DNA of 64,000 nt from an uncultured delta proteobacterium (lineage in GTDB: Bacteria > Desulfobacterota > Desulfobacteria > Desulfobacterales > JAHEIW01). The position numbers were made by a program, and so were the translations under genes. The stretch spans positions 320,001 through 384,000 of the forward strand of contig CAVPNL010000005.1 in NCBI GenBank assembly GCA_963706575.1, written 5' to 3'. The stretch's first letter is position 1. Each line of letters starts with the position of its first letter. This document shows, in pieces, positions 29,465 to 40,748 of this stretch. The notes below the pieces were generated by a model. It was given only the letters and a program-made list of their open reading frames with translations. It was not told the origin of the DNA and did not search any database.

Positions 29465-29683
29465 GAGCAAAATATTTTATCCAGGACCGCTGTGTATTGA
29501 TTGACCTGCTGTACGGGGCGAGGCCTTTGATTTCTAACTTGAATTGATAAACGAGTCAGGCTGTGAAAATGCCGGCATTGCCCCTTTACCGCATATTCAA
29601 AAAATCGATCAATCAAGCCGGAATTATTGAAAATTTCGATTTGACCTATCACCGAATATCGATTATTAAGTCCTAGTGAGGAT

Positions 29684-29699
29684 ATGAGAATATGCTCAT
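29684..29699. promoter_or_regulatory. Palindromic operator, copy 3 (selD leader)
   Basis: ATGAGAATATGCTCAT, downstream of TTGACC (29641-29646). Confidence 0.7.
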
Positions 29700-29774
29700 T
29701 TTAAATTTTTACGGTGATGTGGAGCACCGGCCTTGGAAGAGGCTATCGAATACGTATTGATAAAGGAGAAAATA

Positions 29775-30824
29775 ATGATCGATTTGAAAAAGCCGCGCTT
29801 GACCGAAACCGTGGCCGGTTCCGGGTGAGCTTCCAAGCTGCCGCCAGGGGACCTGGAGCAAGCATTGTGCGGGTTGGAGATTCCAACCAACGAGCGTGTG
29901 ATTGTCGGCATGGACAGTCTGGACGATGCCGGCGTATATAAAATTTCCGATGATCTGGCCATTATCCAGACCGTGGATTTTTTTACACCGATTGTAGACG
30001 ACCCGTACTGGTTCGGCCAAATCGCTGCCGCCAATGCGCTGAGCGATATCTACGCCATGGGCGGGACTCCCAAAACAGCCATGAATCTGGTGGGCTTTCC
30101 GCTGAAGCAAATGGATATCTCAATTTTGCGGCAGATCCTTCAGGGCGGTCTGGATAAAATGAAGGAGGCCGGTGTCATGCTGGTGGGGGGGCACAGCGTG
30201 GAAGACAGCGAGCTGAAATACGGCCTTTCAGTGACCGGATTCGTCCATCCGGACCGCATTCTGACAAAGAAGAATTTAAACGCCGGTGATCGTCTTGTGC
30301 TAACCAAGCCACTCGGCACCGGTGTTATCAATACGGCCATTAAAGGCGGCGTGGCTTCAGTCAAAGTAATTGATAAGATAACTCGATTGATGGCAACGCT
30401 TAACCGGAATGCGGCTGAGATAATGAAACAATATTCGGTGCACGCCTGCACGGATATTACCGGTTTCGGCTTGCTGGGGCATCTGGCAGAGATGGTGGAC
30501 GGTACCGGGCTGGGTGCCGTCCTGGATTCTAAAAGAATTCCCATCTTGTCTGAGGCTGTGGATTACGCGGCCATGGGGATGCTGCCGGCGGGTGCAAATA
30601 AAAACAAGATCTTTCGGGAGTCGATGGTTGAATTTTATTCTTCCGTGAACCCGCTGATACGGGATCTTTTATTTGATCCCCAGACATCCGGTGGTTTGCT
30701 GATCTGCATCGATAGGGATGACTCCGATGAACTGGTTGAGGAGCTTATTCAAAAAGGCAGTGACTCATCGGCCGTTATTGGAGAGGTGGTTTCAGCACCG
30801 CAAGAGAAAATTGTGGTCAATTAG
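29775..30824 (+). CDS. selD: Selenide,water dikinase, selenocysteine-containing (UGA 29826-29828)
   Basis: MIDLKKPRLTETVAGSG-U-ASKL is in frame with DDAGVY, QTVDFFTP, ANALSDIYAMG, TDITGFGLLGH and DPQTSGGLL; AAGGAG RBS. Confidence 0.93.
29829..29863 (+). promoter_or_regulatory. Candidate bacterial SECIS element
   Basis: Hairpin CCAGG-GGA-CCTGG (29844-29856) with a G-rich loop about 20 nt after the UGA. Confidence 0.65.
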
Positions 30825-30899
30825 TAAGCGGAGTAAAATATTCCATTCATCTCGATACACCTCCCCGCTGACGATACAGCAATAGAAAAGGAGATTGAA

Positions 30900-31496
30900 G
30901 TGAAGGAGATCGATGCCAGAGGATTATCCTGCCCTGCGCCGGTGGTGCAAACCAGAATTGCCATTGAAGAAGGATACTTGAAAGCCATCAGGGTGGTCGT
31001 GGACAACGAAGCTGCCCAGCAAAATGTCAAACGTTTCCTTGAATCTCAGGGTTTTGACGTCGCTCTGGAAAAAGTTGATGATCATTATTCCGTGACGGGC
31101 CAATGCGATAAAGTAACTGCCAAACAACCATCGGAAGCCTCTGAAGCGGAAGCCCGGCAGACGAAAATCATGATCATGATCGCTACGGATCGGATCGGAT
31201 ATGGGGATGACGAACTGGGATTGAAGCTGATGGTCAGCTTCATCCGCACTTTAAAAGAGATGGGTCCGGATCTGTGGCGGCTGGTTTTTGTCAACAACGG
31301 TGTAAATCTGGCCATTCAGAGCTCAGAAGTCCTTGTCGATCTCAAAGAACTGGAAGACAGTGGGCTTCAGATTCTGGTTTGCGGAACCTGCCTCACCCAT
31401 TTCCATCTTCTCGAGCAAAAGCGGGTCGGTGAAACTACGAATATGTTGGATATTGTTACCGCCATGCAGCTTGCCGATAAAGTAATTAATATTTAA
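30900..31496 (+). CDS. yedF: Selenium metabolism protein YedF (TusA/SirA plus DsrE-like)
   Basis: IDARGLSCPAPV, GDDELG.KLM, CGTCL.HF, VGETTNMLDIV; adjacent to selD. Confidence 0.9.
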   Translation: MKEIDARGLSCPAPVVQTRIAIEEGYLKAIRVVVDNEAAQQNVKRFLESQGFDVALEKVDDHYSVTGQCDKVTAKQPSEASEAEARQTKIMIMIATDRIGYGDDELGLKLMVSFIRTLKEMGPDLWRLVFVNNGVNLAIQSSEVLVDLKELEDSGLQILVCGTCLTHFHLLEQKRVGETTNMLDIVTAMQLADKVINI

Positions 31497-31607
31497 CTAT
31501 TTCAGATGGCGTGCTTTCCACAGCTAATTTAAGAATTTTGTTAACCGACCTAATTTGTGAAAGCGACTCAAATTCCATTCCGGCCAGACACATATCCGCA
31601 ATATCCC

Positions 31608-32102
31608 CTAATTTTTTTCTTCTTTGTCTATTTCTTTCAGCCGGCGCAATATTTCTCTGGGGGAACCGGACAAAGAAATCTTCAGCAATTCATCCATCTT
31701 TTTTTCCTCTATTTTTTTCTTATTCATGACTTTCTTTTTGTACGCATTTTTAAGCGCTTCTAGAAGCTGGTCGAGGTCGCAGGGTTTTTGCAAATAGGAA
31801 TAGGCACCGCTTCGGGTGCACTCCACCGCCGAATCGATTGTTCCGTGACCGGTAAGAATAACAACTTCCATCCATTTATGTTCGCTTTTTAGCGTCTTCA
31901 GCGTTTCTTCGCCGTTTATTCCCGGCATTTTCAAATCCACAAGAGCGACGTCAATGGAAGCCGTTCGCGCTGCTTCTATTGCTTTTTCCCCCCGGTTTAC
32001 GGCGACAACATTAAAATCCCGCACTTCCAGGCTTTTGCTGATTGACTCCAAAAATTGGTCTTCATCATCTACGATTAAAAGATTAATTTTATCTTTTTCC
32101 AT
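31608..32102 (-). CDS. Response regulator (receiver plus short charged tail)
   Basis: IVDDE, LVDLKMP, LTGHG, QKPC. Confidence 0.9.
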   Translation of the reverse strand: MEKDKINLLIVDDEDQFLESISKSLEVRDFNVVAVNRGEKAIEAARTASIDVALVDLKMPGINGEETLKTLKSEHKWMEVVILTGHGTIDSAVECTRSGAYSYLQKPCDLDQLLEALKNAYKKKVMNKKKIEEKKMDELLKISLSGSPREILRRLKEIDKEEKN

Positions 32103-32166
32103 GACCGGTGCTCCTTTTCCTGCATTTTTCTGCGGGTCATATATGACAGACCCTGCCAAATATTGT

Positions 32167-34233
32167 TTAAACAGCTAACCATCTCCAATATCCGAAAAAT
32201 ACCCAGAGCCACAAAACCGCCAGACTTAAAATAAAAATTGCAAACCCGTGGATAAAAAAATCTTTCATTGTAACTAACTGCCCGCCGGTTTCAGGGTCTT
32301 GGGCCATACTGAAAACGATTGCGTTGTTTGGCGTGCCAATGATCAGCATATGCGCAAATGAAGACGCAAAAGCGGTAGCCAGCCCGACCATCAGTGGGGA
32401 TGTCCCGGAGAGCGTGGCCATTGGAACCGTTATCGGTCCCACGGCAGCTACGGTAGCGCCGTCGCTCATAAAGTTGGTTAAAATGCCGGTGATAAAGCTG
32501 CTGGATATGCAAAGACCTGTTCCGCTTTTTAAAAATTCAGGAAGTATAGACACAAAACTGCTGGCGAGCCAGAGAGCGGCTCCGGTACTGGCCAGTCCAT
32601 ATCCCATAGCACTGGCTGCCGCATACAGGGCCACAACATCCCAGTGAATGCTGTTTATGTCCTTCCAGCGCAGGATGCCCAGAATATTCAAAAGAACCAG
32701 GCACAATAGCACCGGCCCGCCCATACCCACCCGGCTGGACAGGGTCGTCCATAATACAATCACAAGTATCAGAACCCCTGCGGCTTTATATTCATCTCCC
32801 GTCATTTTGCCAATTTTTTTCGATTCCCGTTTTACTTCTTCCGCAACATTGACCGACTTGACTTCAATCCGGTTTCTAAAAACCAGTAAAAAATAGGCGG
32901 CAATAACCAATGCCATAACCGGCACAAAGGGCAATCCCATTTTGATCCACTGTCCGAATGAAATCTGGACTCCGTAGTCTGAAAAAATACCCAGCATAAC
33001 CGCGTTACGCCCGCCTGCCGCGGGTGATCCTGGACCACCGACATTGGCACAGAAGGTCAACGTGAGAAGGAGCATGACCGCCATGCCTTTATCCCTTTTT
33101 ATGCCTGCGGATTTAATCGCTCCCATGTAGACGAGCATCAAGATGGGCGCTATAAAAGCGACCAGCGCATGTTCCGAAAGAAACGATGCGGTCACGGCAA
33201 GAAGGGGCCCGAAGATAAGCGCAAACCGGCGAAGGGATGTGCTGGTGCCCAGCAGCACAATACCAATTCTGCGATCCAGGCCTGTTTTGCTGATGGCAGC
33301 AGCAAGGGCAAGGACACCGAAAATGAATGCAACCGAATCCTTTGCATAGGCCTTTATGACCTCGTTCGGCGGAAGAACTCCGAAAAAATACATGAGAACG
33401 CCCACCAAAAGCGCGGTGACGCCTATTGGAATTGCTCCGGTAGCCCAGAAAAGAGCGGCCACAACCAGTACACCGACCATGACTTTTGCTCGAAAGGCGA
33501 CCGGGTTGGTTTCTAAAACCGCTTTTTCTGCTTTCCCCTCAGGAGGCGCTGTTTTATTTACCAATTTCGCCTTTCTGGCATAATAATCCGAGATGCTCTG
33601 GCCATTTTCCATCCGACGATATTCTGAATATCCGGCAATGGTTTCTCCTATTTCTCCGGTTTTTTTTGAAACCAAAAAAGTTTCAAGCTGCTGGGGGGTA
33701 GGCATGAGCGTAATGCTTACAAAAAGTATAATACCGAACAGAATTACACCCGGCCGGGCGTTATGCGCGCCAATCAACCAATCTTTCAGACCGCTTCTTT
33801 TTATTTCCGGTATCTCGTGCCGAGCAAGGGCATGAACCCGCTCTTGCAAAGCAGCATTGATGACGTTGATCAATTCGTCCAAAGCACACGGCTTTTCAAG
33901 GTAGAAAAATACGTCATGTTTTCCGGTTATCCTGGCTGACTCCATACAGCCGTGACCCGTATGCATGATCACCTGAACCTCGGGCCGTATCTTTTTTATC
34001 TCTTTTAAGGTCTGGATACCATCCATCCCCGGCATCCGCTGATCAAGAACCACCACCTCAGGATTCATATGCCGGACTATTTTTATGGCGTCTTCTCCGC
34101 TACTCGTGTCTAAAACCATGAAACCTCTGACTTCGAGTTGCTGGGCCAGAGCCTGCCGGAATCTGTCCTCATCATCAATTAGCAATATCGTCGCTTTTGA
34201 ATTCTTTCCGTTGACCTTTAAGCTGGCATCCAT
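32167..34233 (-). CDS. Receiver domain fused to an SLC13/DASS-family anion transporter
   Basis: N-terminal REC (IDDE, VLDQRMP, HTGHG, EKPC), then a DASS-like TM domain (SFLSEHA, GSPAAGGRN, TNFMSDGAT, IGTPNNAI). Confidence 0.85.
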   Translation of the reverse strand: MDASLKVNGKNSKATILLIDDEDRFRQALAQQLEVRGFMVLDTSSGEDAIKIVRHMNPEVVVLDQRMPGMDGIQTLKEIKKIRPEVQVIMHTGHGCMESARITGKHDVFFYLEKPCALDELINVINAALQERVHALARHEIPEIKRSGLKDWLIGAHNARPGVILFGIILFVSITLMPTPQQLETFLVSKKTGEIGETIAGYSEYRRMENGQSISDYYARKAKLVNKTAPPEGKAEKAVLETNPVAFRAKVMVGVLVVAALFWATGAIPIGVTALLVGVLMYFFGVLPPNEVIKAYAKDSVAFIFGVLALAAAISKTGLDRRIGIVLLGTSTSLRRFALIFGPLLAVTASFLSEHALVAFIAPILMLVYMGAIKSAGIKRDKGMAVMLLLTLTFCANVGGPGSPAAGGRNAVMLGIFSDYGVQISFGQWIKMGLPFVPVMALVIAAYFLLVFRNRIEVKSVNVAEEVKRESKKIGKMTGDEYKAAGVLILVIVLWTTLSSRVGMGGPVLLCLVLLNILGILRWKDINSIHWDVVALYAAASAMGYGLASTGAALWLASSFVSILPEFLKSGTGLCISSSFITGILTNFMSDGATVAAVGPITVPMATLSGTSPLMVGLATAFASSFAHMLIIGTPNNAIVFSMAQDPETGGQLVTMKDFFIHGFAIFILSLAVLWLWVFFGYWRWLAV

Positions 34234-35956
34234 TCTCTGCTCCTCTTGTCATTTGAATTGGTAACAAAACCGTGAAAGTACTACCGGCACCGGGCATACT
34301 TTGAACATCAATTGATCCGCCCATTGACTTGACAATGCTTAACGAAACACTCAGACCAAGGCCGGTTCCCTTGCCCGTTTCCTTGGTGGTATGAAAGGGG
34401 TCAAAAATTTTTTGAATCTGATCATAGTTCATGCCATGACCGTTATCGGTTACGGCAATTCGAATATTTTTTGCATCCCGGGATGTGGATAGGGTGATCG
34501 TTCCGGATCCGCTAATCGCATCGCCCGCGTTATTGATCAGATTCAGGAAAACCTGTCTGATTTGATCTGGATCTACCAGAATTTCCGGAAGTTTAGGGTC
34601 ATAATGACGATCGATTTTAATATTGGCGACCGCAAACTCACGTTCCTTGAAACCGTGCATGACCTCGTCGAGAATTTTGTTAATATTACAGGGGACAGGC
34701 CTCGGGATGTTTTTGCGCCCGTAATTGAGCAATTGATGCGTGATGCTGCGTGCCCGGAAGGTTGCGGATTTAATATTTTCCAGCTCTTTGATGATATTTT
34801 CGGGTCTGGCATCCAATTCAAATTCAGGGTTTAGCATATCCTTGATAACCCCGCTTGATGCCAGAATAATGGCTAACGGATTATTGATTTCATGCGCCAC
34901 GCCGGTTGCAAGCTCTCCGACGGAGGCCAGTTTTGAGGCATGTAAAAGTTGAAAGTGAAGCTCTTCACGTTTTTCAGCGTTTTCTTGGGCTTTGTTTAAT
35001 AAGGTGTTGGTTGTCAGCCAGATCGCCGTGGCGATGATAAGGATAATGAGCGCAGTGCCGGTTATCATCACTCGCCGTGCGCGGTACATCTGAGCATGGA
35101 CAATGCTCAGGGGCTCTCTGACGATCAGGGCCCAAGGCGTTTCCTTTAACCAGGAGTAGGCAATCAGAATTGAATCGCCATTTTTCTTGATTTCCTGGAC
35201 CCCGGACGACTTTGGTTCAGGAGGCATGAAATCACTTAAGCCGAACAATTCCCCTTTACCCGGATCAACAATCTGATAGGTGCCCGCATTATTTATCAGC
35301 GCGGATTCAACCCCCTTGCCGGAACTGATCGTGCGCAAAAACATATAGAATTTGTCCGGATCAAGCGTTGAACGCATTGCATACAATTGGCCGTCAAGCA
35401 TCTGCCTGACGGCGATGGTGAAATGCGGTTTATTTCTGAAGCCAAGGTAAATGTCACTGATATAATAATCGCGGTTCTGTTGCATCAGAGATATAAACCA
35501 ATCTTCCTCGCCATAGACCTTGTTCTGTAAATGCGGAAAAGGACCGGCATAGCCAATCTGCAAGCCGCTTGCATTTAAAAAGCCGACATCGATAAATGCA
35601 TCGCTAACCCGCCTTAAATTTTGCAGGTAGTTGTTCATTGTTTGCTGGGTCGGTGCAATGCTAAACTCTTTGCTGTGGTATAAACTGAAAATATTAACGA
35701 CCCTTTCCTGCAGAAACAGATCGATCGTATTTCTCTGGCTTTCAGATATGGTGATCAGGTTCATTTTTGCCGTCGCTTTTAACGTGATCTGAAACTGGAA
35801 ATGAAAATAGACTGATAAAGCCGCGAGCGGCACGATAAAGGCGCCCAGAAGGCCGATCCTCAAGCGCAATCTGAGTTGCCTGAAGTATGCCTTTATGTCT
35901 GGATGATGATCTTGAGAATCATTTGTGTCCGGAGGGGAGCTTAATTTTCGTTTCAT
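34175..35956 (-). CDS. Cache-domain sensor histidine kinase
   Basis: TM-Cache (YISDIYLGFRNKPHF)-TM, VAHEINNPL, NAGDA, GKGTGLGL. Confidence 0.9.
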   Translation of the reverse strand: MKRKLSSPPDTNDSQDHHPDIKAYFRQLRLRLRIGLLGAFIVPLAALSVYFHFQFQITLKATAKMNLITISESQRNTIDLFLQERVVNIFSLYHSKEFSIAPTQQTMNNYLQNLRRVSDAFIDVGFLNASGLQIGYAGPFPHLQNKVYGEEDWFISLMQQNRDYYISDIYLGFRNKPHFTIAVRQMLDGQLYAMRSTLDPDKFYMFLRTISSGKGVESALINNAGTYQIVDPGKGELFGLSDFMPPEPKSSGVQEIKKNGDSILIAYSWLKETPWALIVREPLSIVHAQMYRARRVMITGTALIILIIATAIWLTTNTLLNKAQENAEKREELHFQLLHASKLASVGELATGVAHEINNPLAIILASSGVIKDMLNPEFELDARPENIIKELENIKSATFRARSITHQLLNYGRKNIPRPVPCNINKILDEVMHGFKEREFAVANIKIDRHYDPKLPEILVDPDQIRQVFLNLINNAGDAISGSGTITLSTSRDAKNIRIAVTDNGHGMNYDQIQKIFDPFHTTKETGKGTGLGLSVSLSIVKSMGGSIDVQSMPGAGSTFTVLLPIQMTRGAENGCQLKGQRKEFKSDDIAN

Positions 35957-36074
35957 GGGGTGAACGACTTTTTGCACATTATGTTTGATCTTCGAATAAT
36001 GAATAAAATCTTTTTCAAAAAAAAATCTGCAGTGAAGACTGAAGATAATGCAGATTGTTGGTCAAATATACCAA

Positions 36075-36090
36075 AGCATGGAGCATGCCA
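36075..36090 (-). promoter_or_regulatory. Sigma-54 promoter of the kinase / REC-SLC13 / RR unit
   Basis: Minus strand TGGCATGCTCCATGCT (GG-N10-GC). Confidence 0.75.
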
Positions 36091-36173
36091 GGAGCGCTCA
36101 TTTAGAAAAAGTTATTTTATATTGGGAAGTTATGTTTTTTTAAATTGATGGGCAGGATTGAACTGACTTAAAA

Positions 36174-36211
36174 TTTAGGAAAATTTCGAAATTTTCATCG
36201 TAAAATTTCGA
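36174..36211 (-). promoter_or_regulatory. 38-bp enhancer, copy 1
   Basis: Minus strand TCGAAATTTTACGATGAAAATTTCGAAATTTTCCTAAA, 83 nt from its promoter. Confidence 0.75.
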
Positions 36212-36311
36212 AATTTTATGTTATGGTAAACTCAAAATTCGGCTTAATAGACGTATCCTGCGATTTTCCGGGGATATTTCGAAATCTGTGCATTCTCGAG
36301 ACAGGGTTGAT

Positions 36312-39004
36312 ATGACCATTCGCAAAAAAATGATCCTGATTCTATTGGCAGCTACGATTATCCCTTTATGCCTTGTCGGTTTACTGGGATATTTTAATGC
36401 CCGCAGGATATTGGAGACAGTACGAATGGAAAACTTGAAAAGTATTGCCGATCTAAAGGCCAAACGGATCGAAGACTTTTTTGCCGAAATCAAAAACACA
36501 TCGCTATCGCGCAACAACGTCCGACCCTCAAAAAAAATGCCTGCGATGCTAGCCGGGTTTTCCGGCGACTGAGTCCAGCCCGATTTATGAGGCCATCAGA
36601 GACGAACTGGACCAAGCCTTAAAGATATACCAACCGGTTTATAATTTTATAAACGTCATTTTGGTCAATCCGGAAGGGAGAATCGTTTATGTTTTGAATC
36701 CGTCTTCCGCCGCCCGAACTCCTCGGCCATTCCTTACCGGAATCTCTGGGGAAGATCATTTAATGACAGAAACGAGATGGAATTCAATTTTCAGATATAT
36801 TTTGAAATAATTTGAAGCCAATACATTCTCCATGTTCGCTACGGCGCCCATCCATTCTTTTGAGGATCGGTATGGTGGGGTTGGTCGTTTTTGAAATCGA
36901 CATGGCACCGATTTACGAACTTATCCAGGATACAACCGGACTGGGTGATGACCGGTGAGACCTTAATCGCTAAAAAAGCTGGAAATCAAGCACTGTTTCT
37001 CAACCCACTTCGTCATGATCAAGATGCGGCCTTAAAAAGAAAGGTTGTTTTCGGAGAGAAGACAAGACCTTCCCGTTCAAGAAGCTCTCAAAGGCAACAA
37101 TGGATCTGGTTTGTCCGATGGACTATCGCGGGCAGAAGGTTATCGCAGCCTGGCGATACATTCCTTCACTGGACTGGGGGATGGTGGCCAAGATAGACCT
37201 CGCTGAAGCATTTGAACCTGTTACCACGTCTAAGAGATTTTGTCCTCGTGCTCGTAATTGCTGTTATTGTGCTCAGTATATTTGTCGCTTTTATCGTTGC
37301 AAAATCCATTTCTGATCCGATTCAAATTTTGCAAGCGGGGGCGGAGGAAATTGGGAAGGGCAATTTAGACTATAAAGTTGCTACCGATGCGAAAGATGAA
37401 ATCGGACAGCTTGGGCGGGCATTCGATCAAATGACGGAACAGCTAAAGGCCGTGACGGCTTCAAGGGATGAACTGGATAAAGAGATAAAAGAACGCAGAA
37501 GGGTTGAGAAAGAGTTACAAAAAAGTATGAATGAGGTGGGTGAGCGGATCAAAGAGCTTAACTGCCTTTTTGAGATATCACGTCTGATGGAAAGACGGGG
37601 GCTCACTTTAAAGGAGATACTCCAGGCAATCGTTGAACTCATTCCGCCTGCCTTGCAGTATCCAGAGATCACGTGTGCCAAGATTATTACAGAAGGTCAG
37701 GAATTCAGCACAGGAAACTTTGAAGAAACCAAATGGGCGCTTACCCAAAAAATTATTGTCAATGATAAGGCAGTTGGCGCTTTAGCTGTTTGTTATCTCG
37801 AAGAACTACCGGAAAGCGATGAGGGGCCTTTTTTGAAAGAAGAAAGAGCTCTGATCAATACTATCGCTGAGCGAATTGGAAGAATCATAGAGCGCAATAA
37901 AGCACAAACGGCTTTAGTCGAAAGCGAAAAACGCTTTCGGGATTTAGTGGAGCATTCATTAACGGGTATATCCATCATTCAGCAAGGCCAGGTCGTTTAT
38001 CAGAATCCGGAGCAGGAAAGGTTGCTGGGTCCATTACCTCGTCCGATTAAATTTACAGACACCAATTCTATCCACCCGGATGATGTTGAAAAAGTAAACG
38101 CATTTTATCAAAGCATCAGGGCAGGCAAATTGCCGATTGGAGCGATAGAATTTCAGATTTTATCCGCCGGGTGAAAAAGTCAACCGGAACAATATGAAAT
38201 GGGTCCACTGCCAGGCCAGCCAAATAGAATATCAGGGCAAAGATGCCGTAATGGTGAATATGATGGATATGACCAAGACCAAAGAGCTCGAGCATCTTTT
38301 GATCATCCAGGATAAGATGGCCTCTCTGGGTCGTGTGGCAGCCGGTATTGCACATGAAATACGCAACCCCCTTTCGGGGATCAATATATATTTAAATACC
38401 CTCAAAAAGCTTCACCATCAGGCCGGGAGCGAAGAAAAGGTTGAACAGATATTGCGACATCTCCAGTCCGCATCTATCAAAATCGAATCCGTTATCCGCA
38501 GGGTCATGGATTTCGCAAAACCTAGCGAACCGAAGCTGACTTTAATCGATATTAATGAACCCATCACAGATGCGATTAACCTTACTGCGGTGACGATGCG
38601 AAAAAGTGGTGTAAATATTGAGACATTTTTAAGCAACTGATTTGCCCCGATCATATGCGGATAAAAATTTGATTGAAGAGATAGTTTTAAACCTGTTGAA
38701 TAACGCTGCCGAAGCCATGAAAACCATGGAAGCCGGTAAAAAAATTGTCGTTGCATCGTTTGTTGAGGACGACCAAATTGTTATCCGGGTCTCTGATTCG
38801 GGCCCGGGCGTTCCCCTGGAAATTAGAGATAATATACTCGACCCGTATTTTACCACCAAACACGAGGGTACCGGTATCGGCTTGAGTTTATGCCACCGAA
38901 TCATCACCGATCATGGTGGATCATTGACTGTATCGGACAGTGAATTCGGAGGGGCGGAATTTCAGATAAAAATTCCAATTAATGTAAAGAAATTTTCCAG
39001 GTAA
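36312..39004 (+). CDS. Sensor histidine kinase (Cache-HAMP-PAS-HisKA-HATPase), broken by many indels
   Basis: Consecutive fragments in shifting frames: TM, Cache (TGET, DYRG..V.AAWR), HAMP (DEIGQLG.AFDQM), PAS, IAHEIRNPL, DSGPG, GTGIGL. Sequencing error or pseudogene. Confidence 0.7.
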
Positions 39005-39031
39005 CCCGTATCCGGAAACCAGGAGTGAATC

Positions 39032-40423
39032 ATGATTACCTTTTCCATATACGTCATAGATGACGAACAAACCATACGAGATGGGATCACGATGACCCTT
39101 GAGTCTGACTATCGGGTTACGGTCATTTTCAAGCGCCGAGCCGGCCATTGATGCTTTGGAAGAGGATCCTCCGGATTTAATTTTGCTTGATGTCGGTTTG
39201 CCGGGAATCAATGGAATTGAAGCCCTTCGTCAAATCAAATCCTTAAATCCGGATATTCTGGTCATCATGATCACCGCCTATGAAGATGTCGATACGGTGA
39301 TCTCTGCCATGAAACTGGGTGCCTACGATTATGTGATCAAGCCGCTTCACATGGACGGATTGGAGGTCACCATACGCAATGCCCTGGATTCCATACGGCT
39401 GAAAAAGGAAATTCAAGCAGCTCCAGGAAACGTATCTGAAGGAGAACATTCCGTGTTTTATTAGCGAAAGCAATGCCATTCAGGATGTGATGGACTTTGT
39501 CCAGATGGTGGCCAAAAGCCCGGACACACCCAGTGCTCATCATGGGTGAAACCGGGACCGGCAAAGAACTAATCGCCAGCGCCATTCACTATAACAGCCC
39601 GAATTTCAAAGCGCCTTTCGCCACCGTGAATTGCGCTGCCATTCCCAAAGATCTTATCGAAAGCGAGCTTTTCGGTTATGAAAAAGGCGCTTTCAGCGGT
39701 GCCGGTGCTTCCGGCAAAAAGGGCTTAATCGAAGAGTCGGCCAACGGTACCCTTTTTTTGGATGAGGTTGGCGACCTGAGCCTGGAAGCCCAGGCCAAGC
39801 TGCTGCGGTTTCTTGAGCTCGGCGAATTTTACAGAGTCGGGGGTACAAAAAAATGCATAATTAAGACCCGGGTCATTTCTGCCACCAATAAAGATCTAAA
39901 TAAAATGATCGAAGACGGTTTATTTAGAAAAGACCTGTATTTTCGGCTGGGGGTGATTAAAGTTCAGGTACCGTCTTTAAACGAGCGACCGGATGATATT
40001 GTGCCTCTGGCAAAATATTTTCTCCAAGAATTCAGCGATAAGTTTGGTAAGAAATTCACAGCAATTTCTTCAGAAGCCGAGACTGCCTTACTGGCCCACA
40101 ACTGGACCGGCAATGTGCGGGAGTTAAAAAACCTTATCGAAGGAGCGGTGCTGATCGGCAAAGGACCGGAGCTGACCGAAAAAGAGCTGGGATTAGATGA
40201 ACCCGTCTTAAGGGAGGAATCAACGAAAATCGATATCAGAGAACAGTTGCCGCCTTTTCCCGCTGAAGGGATGAATCTATCCGAACAACTCCAATCATTT
40301 GAAACGTATTATATTAAGACGGCTTTAAAGATTGCAAAGGGTAACGAAAGTCAGGCTGCCAGGCTGTTGCAAATGAATCACCACACCTTCCGCTACCGCA
40401 AAAAAAAATTGATAGGAGACTAG
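39032..40423 (+). CDS. NtrC-type sigma-54 response regulator (three apparent +1 indels near 39122, 39420, 39530)
   Basis: [39 protein letters not shown] and C-terminal HTH; AGGAG RBS. Confidence 0.8.
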
Positions 40424-40544
40424 CTCCTTATCTTTGACACATCACTTACTAACCGACCAGATCATGTGATTTATTCTCCAGTTGCTTCTTTAATCTCATC
40501 ATAAATAAACCTCCGACTCAATTCTCGAGACTCAAGCCTTCATA

Positions 40545-40582
40545 TTGAAATTTTGCGAAAACAATTTCGAAATTTTTCTAAT
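40545..40582 (+). promoter_or_regulatory. 38-bp enhancer, copy 2
   Basis: TTGAAATTTTGCGAAAACAATTTCGAAATTTTTCTAAT, 84 nt from its promoter. Confidence 0.8.
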
Positions 40583-40666
40583 TCAAGAATCAATTGAACG
40601 TGTCACCTAAAAAAACAATTCCAATAAGCATTTGGTTTTATATAATTTATCATCAACAACACAACT

Positions 40667-40682
40667 TGGCACGCAATATGCT
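40667..40682 (+). promoter_or_regulatory. Sigma-54 promoter
   Basis: TGGCACGCAATATGCT. Confidence 0.8.
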
Positions 40683-40748
40683 CAAAGACTTGATGAACAA
40701 ACATTCAGCTAGTTGGATGTCCATCAAAAATTTCCAAGGAGCCAAACC

